Positions 33,473 through 44,100 of a stretch of 64,000 bases of DNA are shown here, piece after piece (within the stretch, counting starts at the first letter, position 1; each line of letters begins with the position of its first letter). The position numbers were made by a program, and so were the translations under genes. Where the stretch lies: the IMG/VR virus record IMGVR_UViG_3300032116_000009; one strand, written 5' to 3'. The notes beneath the pieces were generated by a model, which worked only from the letters and a program-made list of their open reading frames with translations, ran no database searches and was not told where the DNA came from. Source of the DNA: a virus. Its lineage: Duplodnaviria; Caudoviricetes.

Positions 33473-35740
33473 TTAAATAATACATACATAAGTTCTTGGT
33501 ATTTGGAAAGGATTTATTGTAGTTATTCCAACATTCTGTAGAATATAAATTGTTCCTAGTCCTGTGTACGTTGACCTTATATAAGACTCTCTTCCGGAAG
33601 AGACTGCAAATAGACTTCCTAACGCATTGTAGGTCTTCGATAGTGAGTTGTCCGCAAATCCACCAATTGAGACTATTCCAGAACCTTCCGGTGATGGTAC
33701 GAATCGATATGAAGTATCACCATATATCGTTACTAAACCAGTACCAGATTTTTCAAACAGATCGGTTTGTCTTGTAGACGCATCACCAGAAATTGTGATG
33801 TTTCCAACTCCAACATTAGAATATTCAAGTTCAATTCTTGTTTGAGCAGATCCAGTAATTTCAAAAAGAATTGTGTTCTGTGGAACATTAGTTACCCTAG
33901 ATTCCGAACCTCCGGACAACTTAAGTATTGTACCAATTCCAATATAAATCTCAGATTCTTTTTCAATTAGGTTAGAACTTATAGATAGAGTTCCTATTCC
34001 AGAATAAGAATTCGTTAGCTTAAGATCAGTAAATCCTCCAACAAACTGAACTGAACCTATTCCACTATAAACAAATAGATCAATTTCTCTAGTATCAGCT
34101 AATCCACTTAAATTAAATAGAACTGTATTTTCAGGTGGATTACTTACGAAACTTACAAGTGCTGCATCTTGATAATCACAAGTAACTTCTGTGGAATCGC
34201 AAGTGTCATATTCACTATCCGAAATATGAGTCTCGAAGTGGAACAAGACAGTTGATCCGTCATTTCGAGTGATACTAATATCGGAATATCCAACTATACT
34301 TAGATTTCCATCACCTTCATATACATAAGTGCGACTTGCATTAGACTCCCCAGAAATCTGATATAGAATAGTATCTTCTGTCGGATTGATAGTGAGACTT
34401 TGTACAGAAGTTCCGGAAATATTAAATAAGACCGAATCTCCAACTTGAGATATTGTTGAAGATTCGGAAGCACCGGAGAAATAACCTAATACACCAATTC
34501 CTACATAAGATTTTGTTTTCTTAATATCTGATGCAAATGCATCAATAACTACCAGTCCTTCACCAACATATGAATTAGAAATTCTTTCTTCGGCATTTTC
34601 CTGGTCATATACAACTGTTCCAAGACCAGCATAAGTATATGTTCCAAACTTACCAAATCCAGTAGCTCCACTGGAAATACCGATCTCACCTAATCCAAAA
34701 TAACTTGATCTTGTAAATGATTCGGAAACACTTCCATTAATTACAAAAAGACCTACTCCGAAGTAAGGAGTTAGTGGAGAATAAACAGCAAGGTTTCTTA
34801 CTTGATCAAATCTAAATGTACCTATACCAGAACCGGAGTTCGTATCGCCATTAACATTTCCATATCTGTTGGAATATGTCTTGGCATCACGAGGATTTCC
34901 ATCTCCGTCTGGTGTAAATCCAGCTCCAGGTACAAATCTAATTCCAAAAGTACCGACACCAATGTTTTGATCTATACCATAATGTGGAGTATAATCAACA
35001 AAAGGATGTACAGTATCAGAATTGTAAAGGCTAGGTAACGTTCCAAATCCAATATAGGTCTCGGTTTCACTCTCAATAACATTCGATGAGAGGTTTAATG
35101 TACCAAAACCTACGTAAGGTGTTAAACGAGAAGTATTTGCAGAATCTGAAAGAATTAATGAACCGGAACCAAATATGGATCCGGTTTGCGTAATGATAGA
35201 TGAACCATCAATACTTAGTAGTCCAGTGCCGTTATATGCGTCTACGTCTTTTTCTACAGCAAATCCAGAAATGCTGAAGAGTTGAGTATTTGTTGTATCT
35301 GCGGTTTGTACAGTTAGTGAGGATTCCGCAGAATTATTTTCACCAAGTCGTAAGGTTCCGGAAGATACGTAAGGTCTTAGTGTTCTTTCTAATCCGCTAC
35401 CTATTTCGAATAAAGTACCATTACCAACCCAAGTAAAGGTTACTTTCTCTGTCGCGGTCTTAGCTATAAAGGATATATTTCCAGAAGCAACATATGTAGC
35501 ATATGTAATAGACTCTCTACCTGAAGATAAGGTAAATAACGATCCATATGGATAGAGAGTTTCTCCAACTGATATGAGATACCAATCATCTTCAGGACTT
35601 GGAGCTGGAGTGTATACTGGATTTGGTTCTGTTATTAGTCCATTGTCTACTGATACTGTCGTCGCAGCTGAAATTAACCCATAATCCTCAGTAGAAAATG
35701 AGTTAATTCCAGTGGATTCATTGTAAACATAGACTGTCAT
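33473..35740 (-). CDS. Hypothetical virion structural protein (755 aa) with about 19-20-aa YxGxG repeats
   Basis: Recurrent YxGxGxLxIxG (YNGTGLLSIDG, YVGFGTLNLSS, YSGIGSVQFVG, YEGDGNLSIVG); Ser/Thr/Gly-rich; sits in the structural cluster. Confidence 0.8.
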   Translation of the reverse strand: MTVYVYNESTGINSFSTEDYGLISAATTVSVDNGLITEPNPVYTPAPSPEDDWYLISVGETLYPYGSLFTLSSGRESITYATYVASGNISFIAKTATEKVTFTWVGNGTLFEIGSGLERTLRPYVSSGTLRLGENNSAESSLTVQTADTTNTQLFSISGFAVEKDVDAYNGTGLLSIDGSSIITQTGSIFGSGSLILSDSANTSRLTPYVGFGTLNLSSNVIESETETYIGFGTLPSLYNSDTVHPFVDYTPHYGIDQNIGVGTFGIRFVPGAGFTPDGDGNPRDAKTYSNRYGNVNGDTNSGSGIGTFRFDQVRNLAVYSPLTPYFGVGLFVINGSVSESFTRSSYFGLGEIGISSGATGFGKFGTYTYAGLGTVVYDQENAEERISNSYVGEGLVVIDAFASDIKKTKSYVGIGVLGYFSGASESSTISQVGDSVLFNISGTSVQSLTINPTEDTILYQISGESNASRTYVYEGDGNLSIVGYSDISITRNDGSTVLFHFETHISDSEYDTCDSTEVTCDYQDAALVSFVSNPPENTVLFNLSGLADTREIDLFVYSGIGSVQFVGGFTDLKLTNSYSGIGTLSISSNLIEKESEIYIGIGTILKLSGGSESRVTNVPQNTILFEITGSAQTRIELEYSNVGVGNITISGDASTRQTDLFEKSGTGLVTIYGDTSYRFVPSPEGSGIVSIGGFADNSLSKTYNALGSLFAVSSGRESYIRSTYTGLGTIYILQNVGITTINPFQIPRTYVCII

Positions 35741-35767
35741 AGAGATAGCCCAACAGAATTTTTAAAG

Positions 35768-35803
35768 AAAAAGAGAGGATCGCCATAAAAATGCAATCCT
35801 CTC
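35768..35803 (-). terminator. Probable intrinsic terminator after the 335-aa gene
   Basis: Minus strand GAGAGGATTGC...GCGATCCTCTC followed by TTTTT. Confidence 0.7.
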
Positions 35804-35836
35804 ACCATCAAAAAATATTAAATTTTTAATATAAAA

Positions 35837-36844
35837 TCAATCTAGAGCAACGTTTAGAGTAATTTTGATTTGGTCTCCGTTGTTAGCAATTGTGTATGGT
35901 CCGTTAGTAAATCTTTCTGCATACATAATTGAACTATAAAGAGTTGCGGTACTCAATCCAGCAGATGCGTTTGGAGTAGCTGTGAGTGCTGGTGTAGTAG
36001 TAAACTCATTTGCATTAGGAACAGAGAATACGGTATATGTTCCAGATGTCAAAGTAGTATTACCAGTTCCTGCTGCAACATATAGGATATCTCCAGCAAC
36101 CAATTGGTGTCCAGTTGCAACAATTTTTCCAAAACTGAAAGTTACACTTGGATCTGTTGCAAGCTGAATGTTGTCAATAAGTGGTTTATCCAAATAAACA
36201 ACTTTTAATGCTCTGTCGATTCCAATAACAATTGTACCAGTTTGAATACCAGCGTTTCCTGCAACTCTCATTCCAAGAGTTAAATCATCAACGTTTTGAT
36301 CTGGATCAACAGTGATATAAGAGTTACCAACAACTCCAATAACTGGGTCGGTATTATCACCTTTGGTTATAGTTGTTCCAATACCTACAGATGCATAATG
36401 GACTACACCTTGTACGGAAACAGGCATGTTGTTTGCTCTGGTTACATAATAACCATAAACATCCCCGGCTGCTCCAGTGAAGGTAAATGTTTGTTCTGGA
36501 TATGTTGCAGTTGTTCCAGAACCAACCTGATTGATTCTCCAACGAGAACCATTCAAAAGAATACCTGTCTGTGAAGTATATGTCTGATCAGATCTATTAT
36601 TTACACAATATGGATAGCCTGTAGTAGGAGCAAACCCATAAGCATTCGTGTTACCTATACCATATGGCTCAAAATACGCAGAAGCTGAAGGAACATCACT
36701 CTCTGCTGGAGTAGTATTACTGGTAAAAAGTTTTAAAACTAAGTTTCTGGGAGACTGGTCAGCAAGACTTGCAGTGTGATTGTTTTGTGCAACTAGATAC
36801 CTAAGCGACTCAAGTTCTCCTATATTTGGGACTAATAGTGCCAT
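35837..36844 (-). CDS. Hypothetical virion structural protein (335 aa)
   Basis: MALLVPNIGE...LVLKLFTSNTTPAESD...ATYPEQTFTF...VYGYYV...MYAERF...GDQIKIT resembles small phage tail/baseplate beta-sandwich proteins with a central insertion; perfect late promoter upstream. Confidence 0.75.
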   Translation of the reverse strand: MALLVPNIGELESLRYLVAQNNHTASLADQSPRNLVLKLFTSNTTPAESDVPSASAYFEPYGIGNTNAYGFAPTTGYPYCVNNRSDQTYTSQTGILLNGSRWRINQVGSGTTATYPEQTFTFTGAAGDVYGYYVTRANNMPVSVQGVVHYASVGIGTTITKGDNTDPVIGVVGNSYITVDPDQNVDDLTLGMRVAGNAGIQTGTIVIGIDRALKVVYLDKPLIDNIQLATDPSVTFSFGKIVATGHQLVAGDILYVAAGTGNTTLTSGTYTVFSVPNANEFTTTPALTATPNASAGLSTATLYSSIMYAERFTNGPYTIANNGDQIKITLNVALD

Positions 36845-36889
36845 TCGAAATAACTCCCCTACAGGCTACGATTTTGTAATAACTATCTT

Positions 36890-36897
36890 TATTTATA
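36890..36897 (-). promoter_or_regulatory. Late promoter, perfect TATAAATA
   Basis: Exact T4 late consensus overlapping the stop of the 225-aa ORF, about 45 nt upstream of the 335-aa gene. Confidence 0.85.
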
Positions 36898-37570
36898 ATT
36901 TTAATTTCAGAGAGATTAGAAACCTATTAATGTTATTGACTGATATCACATCGAAAGTCAAAATGTCTCCAGCAATTATAGTTTTCGTCCAACCTGTAAG
37001 AACATCATCACGAACTTTTCTAGAGTTTGTCATTTGTGGATAAGTTCCACCAACAATAGAAGTAAATGTTGGAAATGTAGAATAGTTCGATTTTTTAATG
37101 TCTAGTGTTAAATCTCCCTGTTGATCAGATAAAATAGTTAAAGATTCCAATACACCACTAACATCTAAAGTTACAGATCCCTTATTACCAGATACCATTG
37201 ATATTGATCCACTATCAACCACATAATTAATGGTTCTTGTCAAATCTGCAGTTGTTGCTAAAGCTATAATAAAAACATCATCACCAGGATTTGGAGCAGA
37301 AGTGAAAATTATATTATTACTTGAAGTGGTATAATCTTCATTTGGTTCCATCACCAAATTATTTTTGACAACAATTAACTGTTGATCATTAATTGGAACA
37401 TATGATGTAGATGATGAATAAAGTCCAAAAGTATGGGCAACGCCAGTAAATTGGGAATTTATATTATCTAAAATAATATTCCCATACTGTATTGATTTTG
37501 TTGGAATTTCATAATCAACTCCAATCCTATACGGACCTGGTTCATTTAAAGTTACTATATAATCGGTCAT
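36893..37570 (-). CDS. Hypothetical structural protein (225 aa)
   Basis: Contains LDNINSQFTG...LIVVKNNLVMEPNEDY...IIFTSAP, a module also seen in gp7; coupled to the upstream gene by TAATG. Confidence 0.8.
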   Translation of the reverse strand: MTDYIVTLNEPGPYRIGVDYEIPTKSIQYGNIILDNINSQFTGVAHTFGLYSSSTSYVPINDQQLIVVKNNLVMEPNEDYTTSSNNIIFTSAPNPGDDVFIIALATTADLTRTINYVVDSGSISMVSGNKGSVTLDVSGVLESLTILSDQQGDLTLDIKKSNYSTFPTFTSIVGGTYPQMTNSRKVRDDVLTGWTKTIIAGDILTFDVISVNNINRFLISLKLKL

Positions 37571-37902
37571 TATGAAACTCCTGGAGTTACTAGAACATTT
37601 CCTTGAATAGCTCTTGTTCTATATGAATTTGGAGAAATAAGAACTACATCATAAACATATCGACCACCTTCTATAGAATCGGTTGCAGTATATCCCATAG
37701 ATACTGCAATTTTACCGTTTAGTCTATCTACAAAACTAAGAGTTAAAGGATAAGAAGTTGAAGATGATGGATGTTTCCTGATTGAAGAAATACCAGTGTA
37801 TCCAGTTAGGTTTAATGGTGCATTATTAGTATTCCTGATTGTAAAGGTGGCTTGAAAGTCAACCCCCTGTTCAAGAACTAGATTTACATTTCTTGCCGCC
37901 AT
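37570..37902 (-). CDS. Small beta-sandwich baseplate/fibre adaptor-like protein (110 aa)
   Basis: NLVLEQGVDF...PLNLTGYT...SIRK...GRYVYDVVL...RAIQGNVLVTPGV is typical of BppU-N-like adaptor domains (from recall); ATAAATA at 37923-37929. Confidence 0.7.
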   Translation of the reverse strand: MAARNVNLVLEQGVDFQATFTIRNTNNAPLNLTGYTGISSIRKHPSSSTSYPLTLSFVDRLNGKIAVSMGYTATDSIEGGRYVYDVVLISPNSYRTRAIQGNVLVTPGVS

Positions 37903-37928
37903 TATTCTACTGTATTTTTAATTATTTA

Positions 37929-38168
37929 TCAGTTAGAATCCATTTTTTTCAAAATCATTTTCATCATGTCCTTAATTTCATCTATTTCTTTTTGAAGTAA
38001 ATCAACCTTACTAACATTTTCCTTTAGTTGATTGATTTCTTCTTTTTCCTTTAACTTAAGTTGTTTCAATTGAACATAAGAATTGTATTCAGAATCGGAG
38101 CAATTTAGAATTGCTCCACTAGATTGATCACGATAAAACCCTGGATTACCTTCTACTGGAATTCTCAT
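37929..38168 (-). CDS. Hypothetical 79-aa protein with C-terminal coiled coil
   Basis: MRIPVEGNPGFYRDQSSGAILN followed by a heptad-rich helix; lies directly after the VrlC-like gene. Could be a fibre assembly chaperone (inference). Confidence 0.75.
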   Translation of the reverse strand: MRIPVEGNPGFYRDQSSGAILNCSDSEYNSYVQLKQLKLKEKEEINQLKENVSKVDLLQKEIDEIKDMMKMILKKMDSN

Positions 38169-38170
38169 AG

Positions 38171-41100
38171 TTATACTGAAGCAATTACTCGTAAATCTCT
38201 AATCAGAGGAACATATGCAAGATTTGTTCCTGTCATAATAATTTTAATTTGGAATCCATTAAACAATGGTAGATTCTTTGCAGTAAATTCATGTGATCTA
38301 AAATCAGCCAATGTGGATGATGGTACTACTTCAATATCTGGTTTTCCATTATTATCATATGGATTTATAACATTTTTATTTTCATCTAAGTTATCATATC
38401 CTGGGAATAATTCATATAACTGAGTAGTAGGATCTGAATCTGATCTGAAGAGTCTATACATTACTCGTATATCATTAGTACTATGTCTATATGCATCAAA
38501 GAAGACTTTCAAATTATCAGATCCCCTTTCCAATCTAACAACTTTAGTAACGTAACTAGCTGCAGAAGGGTCATTTAAGAGAGAATTTACTAATGGATTT
38601 GTAGCATAATTTGAAACTGTAGAATTCATTCTATTTCCAGTAGTAATTATATTAACTCTATCCAAATCAATAAGAGGAGAAACTCTAGAATCGCTGGTAA
38701 TTAAACTAACTTCCATTGTGAAAGATTTTTTACCTGGATAATCTTGCAAATAATTATTTTCATTTACCTCTGAACATATTATCCTTGGACTGGAAAGATA
38801 ATTTGTTGTGTCTAGTGCTATGTCCTCAAATCCCTGGTCAACGAATGGGGTAATACTATTATTATTTGGTGAACCTCCAGAAAATGTTCTTATTCTTGCA
38901 GATACAGTTGTACCTTGTGGAGTAGCTATAGCAATGTTTGGAGTAATTACGCTAAATGGTATATTTTGCGTAGCTTTTGGAGTCTTATAAGAATTTATTA
39001 GTTGTAAAGCATCATAAGAACCGCAAGATTTTGTTTCATTAAATGCTAAAGCTGGGAATCCATTACCATTACCTTCAGATCTATCTGGACCATTGGTACT
39101 TACACCTACTTTTAAGTAATAATGATCTAAATCTATTGGATACTTGGAAAAATTAGTATCAGCAAAACCATGTGTTTTGTTTATTCTTCTTAAAGAAACT
39201 CCATTAAGTTCATATTTAAATACTTGTTCTAATGCAGCATAATTTGAAGGTACTGTTGAATCTATACCTCTAGTAATGCCACTAAGTACATTTGTAGATG
39301 TAGTCACTCCAGTATATCTTATAATCTCATCTCCAATAAGAATATATCCAGGATTGGTGTTAGAAACTGGAACGTTTTCAAAACTAGTGAATATTCCTAC
39401 AGAACTCAGAACAATGTCCGATGTAGAAGTTGAAGTATAACTAGAATTTATGGTTTGTGGTCTTTGGTCAGATTGTATAGAAGAAAGAGTTACAAAATTA
39501 TTTGTGGCATACATTCCATGATTGGAATGTTTTACTTTAAAATGTAATCCATCAGTGACAACTTCAGAATAACTGACATTAGCACCGGCCAGTAAACTTG
39601 TTCCACCAGAACCAACAAAAATTAAATTCGATGAGCTATCTACGACTACATTACCTTGAACATTATCCAATAATAAGGTGTTGAATGATGATATGATTCC
39701 AACATTATTTGGTATTGATAGTAGAAGATTTTTTCCAAATCCACCCGTCTGAGAGTAATCTACTGTCAGAGTATCTCCATAAGAATATCCAGTTCCACCA
39801 ACAGAAACAGTTGCGGCTATAGCTACTCCACCAGAAACAGCAATATTAACTTTTCCTCCACTACCTCTACCAGTAATAGGTAGTAAATTAACATTTGAAT
39901 ATACTGTATAATTTGATGTAAAACCAGTTCCAGGAGAAGTTAAAGTTAACGTACTAGAAATTCCTATTGCTCCAATAACATTCCGTAGTTTTCCACTAAA
40001 TCCGGAGTTACCATACTGTAAAATTGTTAATCCAGGAGTCAGTGTAGTAACTTCAGAATTGGTTAGACTTCTACCAATACCAACTAAAACAGTCTTAGAT
40101 ATTGTTTCAATTGGATTGACTTGTAATGATGCAATTTGATTATTACCAATATTCAAATCTGGATTATAGAATCGTACTGTAGAAGTTCCATTGAAAAATT
40201 CCGCTCTATATACAACCAGTTTTAAATCTTCCAATTGACTTGGATCCCACGTTGCTCCGTTTTGGGACTTAAATAGGGATCCTAATAATGGTTGTTGAGA
40301 AACAATAATCTGTTCAGACTCAGATCTATTAATGGTTGAAATGTCTTTTTCACCCATTCTAGAAATCCAAACATTGTAGGAATTAGATGCTGATAGTAAG
40401 ACAACGGAATATTGACTATCTGGAGCTAAATAAACTGGGGATGGGAAAGTAAAAGCTGTTGGTACACTTGCATCATCGGAAACATTAACCTGTTCCGGAT
40501 CTAAAACAATTTCACCAAAAGGTACTATGGTTTGTGTTGGTAAACCAGTTTGCATTGTACGAATTTGCATCGTAACAGGGAGTCCAGTAGTATCTTTAGA
40601 TCTAAAGAAAACTTCAACTTTTGTGATATAAACACCGTTAGTTTCTACTACTTCAAAAGATTGTGCTAAAGGATCAACAAATCTCTTTTGATTTTTTCCT
40701 CTATTTTTTAACTCTTTACACTTAGCTTGTTGTTGTTTTTGTTTCTTTTCTGGTTTTTGATTTGCTTTTGGTTGTTTCTTTTGTGGTTTTTGATTTGCAG
40801 GAGTTTGTATTGATCTGGTTCTAACTACTTCTTCTGAAGTCACTACTTCTGTAGAAGTTGCGGCTTGCAATTCAGTAGTAGTTTCAGATTCTTCTCTTTC
40901 ATCAGATTGAGTAAGTCTTTCTACATCTGCATTTCTTGTTCTTATTGTAAGATTTTCTACATTAGCTAATGTTCCAGAAGAAGAGAAGTTTGTTTCTGCA
41001 GTGCTATCTGTTGTTCCAATTATTGTGGCGTTAGTCTTACTTGATGTAAGTGTAAAGGTTTTAGTTCCAGTTTCGAACTTAGGAGTTGATGGTAATGTTG

Positions 41101-44100
41101 GATCTGGAATAAAGAGAGATCCTATTATTGCGCCAGTATTATCAGCAATAAGTCTAATATTTGTAATATTAGCTACAGCTCCACTAGAAGCTCCAGTAAG
41201 AGTCATTCCAACAATAATATTGCCATAGAAAGCAGAATTTGACTGTAACTCTAAACTAGCGGTATCTACATTCAAAATAGTAGATGTAGTAGAATATGAA
41301 GTTGGTACTACTTCAGTTGTATTATAAGGGTTTTGCGAATAAGTTTGTGTTGGACTGTTATATGGACCATATTTGTGATTAGGACTTGCTAATCTAAATC
41401 TAACACTTACAGATCCAGAAACTCCAGTTACAGTTTCTCCTACAGAGAATGTTCCAGAAGCCATGGTAACTTCAAGAAGTTTTGGAATTATATACGATGA
41501 CATGTCAACGTTATCAAAAAATGGATATACTAATCCATTTGGTTTCATTCTTCTTGCAACAAATTCAATGTTTCTACTTCTCATCGTATGAATTATGTCA
41601 GTAGAAACTACTCTGTCTCCTACATTAACACTGTCCCATCTTTCATTAACTTTATACTGTATACCACTTCTAGATTGATTAGTAGTTGTTATTGTAGAGA
41701 CATTCTCAAACGTTGTAAATTCTTCTTCAATAGTAGTGGTAACTAGTGACTTACCTTTACCTTTTTTCTTAGCTTTATTGTTTTTATTTTTATTGTTATT
41801 TTTTTTCTTTTTTGGAATTTTAGAAACATCTGTAGACAGAACTGTACTACCAGTTTTTATGGTTTCTACTGTTTGTCTACCGGCTTCACGAGAACCCGTC
41901 CAGTTTGTTTCCCATGCACCCCAATTGACTGGAGAAAGTCCAGTATTACTGTCTATACCTAACTGATCAATAGTTGATTGATAGTTGCCGTCACGATCTT
42001 CAACTTTTTCGGTGACTCTTGTTTCTACCCAAGTATCGGAAGCTGGACTCAAATCAATTGATCCAATCCAGTTAACAACAGCAAAAGGATTTACATTTTC
42101 AGATCTAGTTGCAAAATTATTTCTAAAATAAACAACATCTGTATAGTTCAGACAAACTACATCACCTACTTTTTTTGTATTTGGGGATCCAAGATCAGTT
42201 ACAAATCTAAGATCTGCGTCAGGATTAGATGTATTTCCTACACCAATTACTGCTTCAGAACCTAAAAGAAGATCTAATGAAGTAGTATAATGTTGTGGTC
42301 TTAAATATCCATTCGCTGTGTCTATACTACATTTATAGGCAGGGTTTCCTAACCCACCACCAAAAATAGATTTAAAGTTGTCTACAAAAAATCCACATTT
42401 AAATCTATCTAACTGAGTTTGTTCATCTCGTAGAGTTAAATTTTTGGTATCCGTTTCCAATAGAGAGAGTGAAGTATAATACTCTACATTTTTCAATCTA
42501 TCTTCCAAATTGGAAATATCTTTCATTCTATATCTCTTATGAGATGATAAAATATTTTTAACATCTGAAACATCATAGACATATGGAGGTATGACTATAG
42601 TTGATATTTCAAGACAATTATCTACAGGATTTGGTTCTTTTGGTTCTAATGAAGGTACTCCAGCATTTACAAAGAACTTTCCATCTTTACTCAAATACAA
42701 TTTGTCAATTCTTCCCAAATAATATGAATAACCTAGATTTATCGATCTACCTTTTGCAAAATTATAGGGACTGGAATTTGAACCGGTGGTGAAGACTCTT
42801 GATCCAAATTCAAATGGAGATTTAGTTGCAGTAGAAACGTTAAATGGAACTACTCTTGGTCTTACATCAATAATATCACTAGCGGCAATATTTGAAATAA
42901 TTGGTAAATCTGAAGTATATCTATCCTTAGCGTATGAATCTACAGTAACGAAGTGACCATTATCATTAGAATCAATGGTATAATTATTGAAAATTATTTT
43001 TAACTTTTTAGTTGGAGGAGAATCATCAGATCTTCTTGTTACATACGAATAATCAGAATACTCCGGCTTTTGATTTGGATTTAAAACAAAACTAGAAGTT
43101 ATATCTCTATCACCTTGAACAAAGGAAGAGACAATAGCTGTTATTTGAGATTCTTTAAATGTAACTCTTTCTCCGGTTACAAAAGTTTTTTCATTTAAAA
43201 AGACAACCTCAACCTCATTTGTACTATTATTGGATACTAATCTAGCTGCTGCTCTACTTGCTTGTCCAAAAACTAATTCACCTTTTATTGAATTAAGTAT
43301 ATTTGCATTTAAATTTGTTAGAACAAGTCTTGGCAGATCTGGATCATTAGAATCCGAAGATTCATAAACAGCCAGTAGCTCTTCTACATCAGGTACATTT
43401 AAACATATATTTTTATCTTGAACTCTAGTTCCATATAAGGAATTATATGTCAAACCATCAGCTAGTGATGTTCCGGCTACACCAGAAGAAGTGTTTGATG
43501 ATCCACTTACTATAAGTTCACTACATCTATTATAAACTTTATTTTTTGGTTTTAAATCTTCTTTTAAAAATGTGACGGTCAATCTTGCAGGTCCGTCTTG
43601 ACTTATATTTTGCAGACTTACAGTTCTTCCCGATACAGTTAGTTTTTGATTGTTAAGTTGTTCAACATCCCCATTCGCAAAAGAAAGGTTGTAATATTCT
43701 TCATCGTATGGTTCTAAAGTTAAAGAAGTATCAGTTTCTAATACTTGATTTAGTCCACCAGAAGAAACTGTGACTGAATATGACTTTCTAATTACAATAG
43801 AAGATCCAGTAAGATCAGTTTCAGCAACGTTGTCATACTCCAATTCTGTATATAAGTATGCCTGATTTGTATTTAAAATCTGAGGAGTAACTTTTATCAG
43901 ATTAGTGGTGTTTATTGTACTTCCTGGTAAAGATCCAGAAGAAACTCCCACAACATCGGTGGTAGGCTCAATAATAATAGAATTTGAAGTTGCTACAACT
44001 TCTTTTACTCTATTATAAGTAGGTACAGTGTTTCCTGAAGAACTGTATGAGATTATATCACCAGTACTAACACCAACATAAAATGTTGAACTTGATGTAG

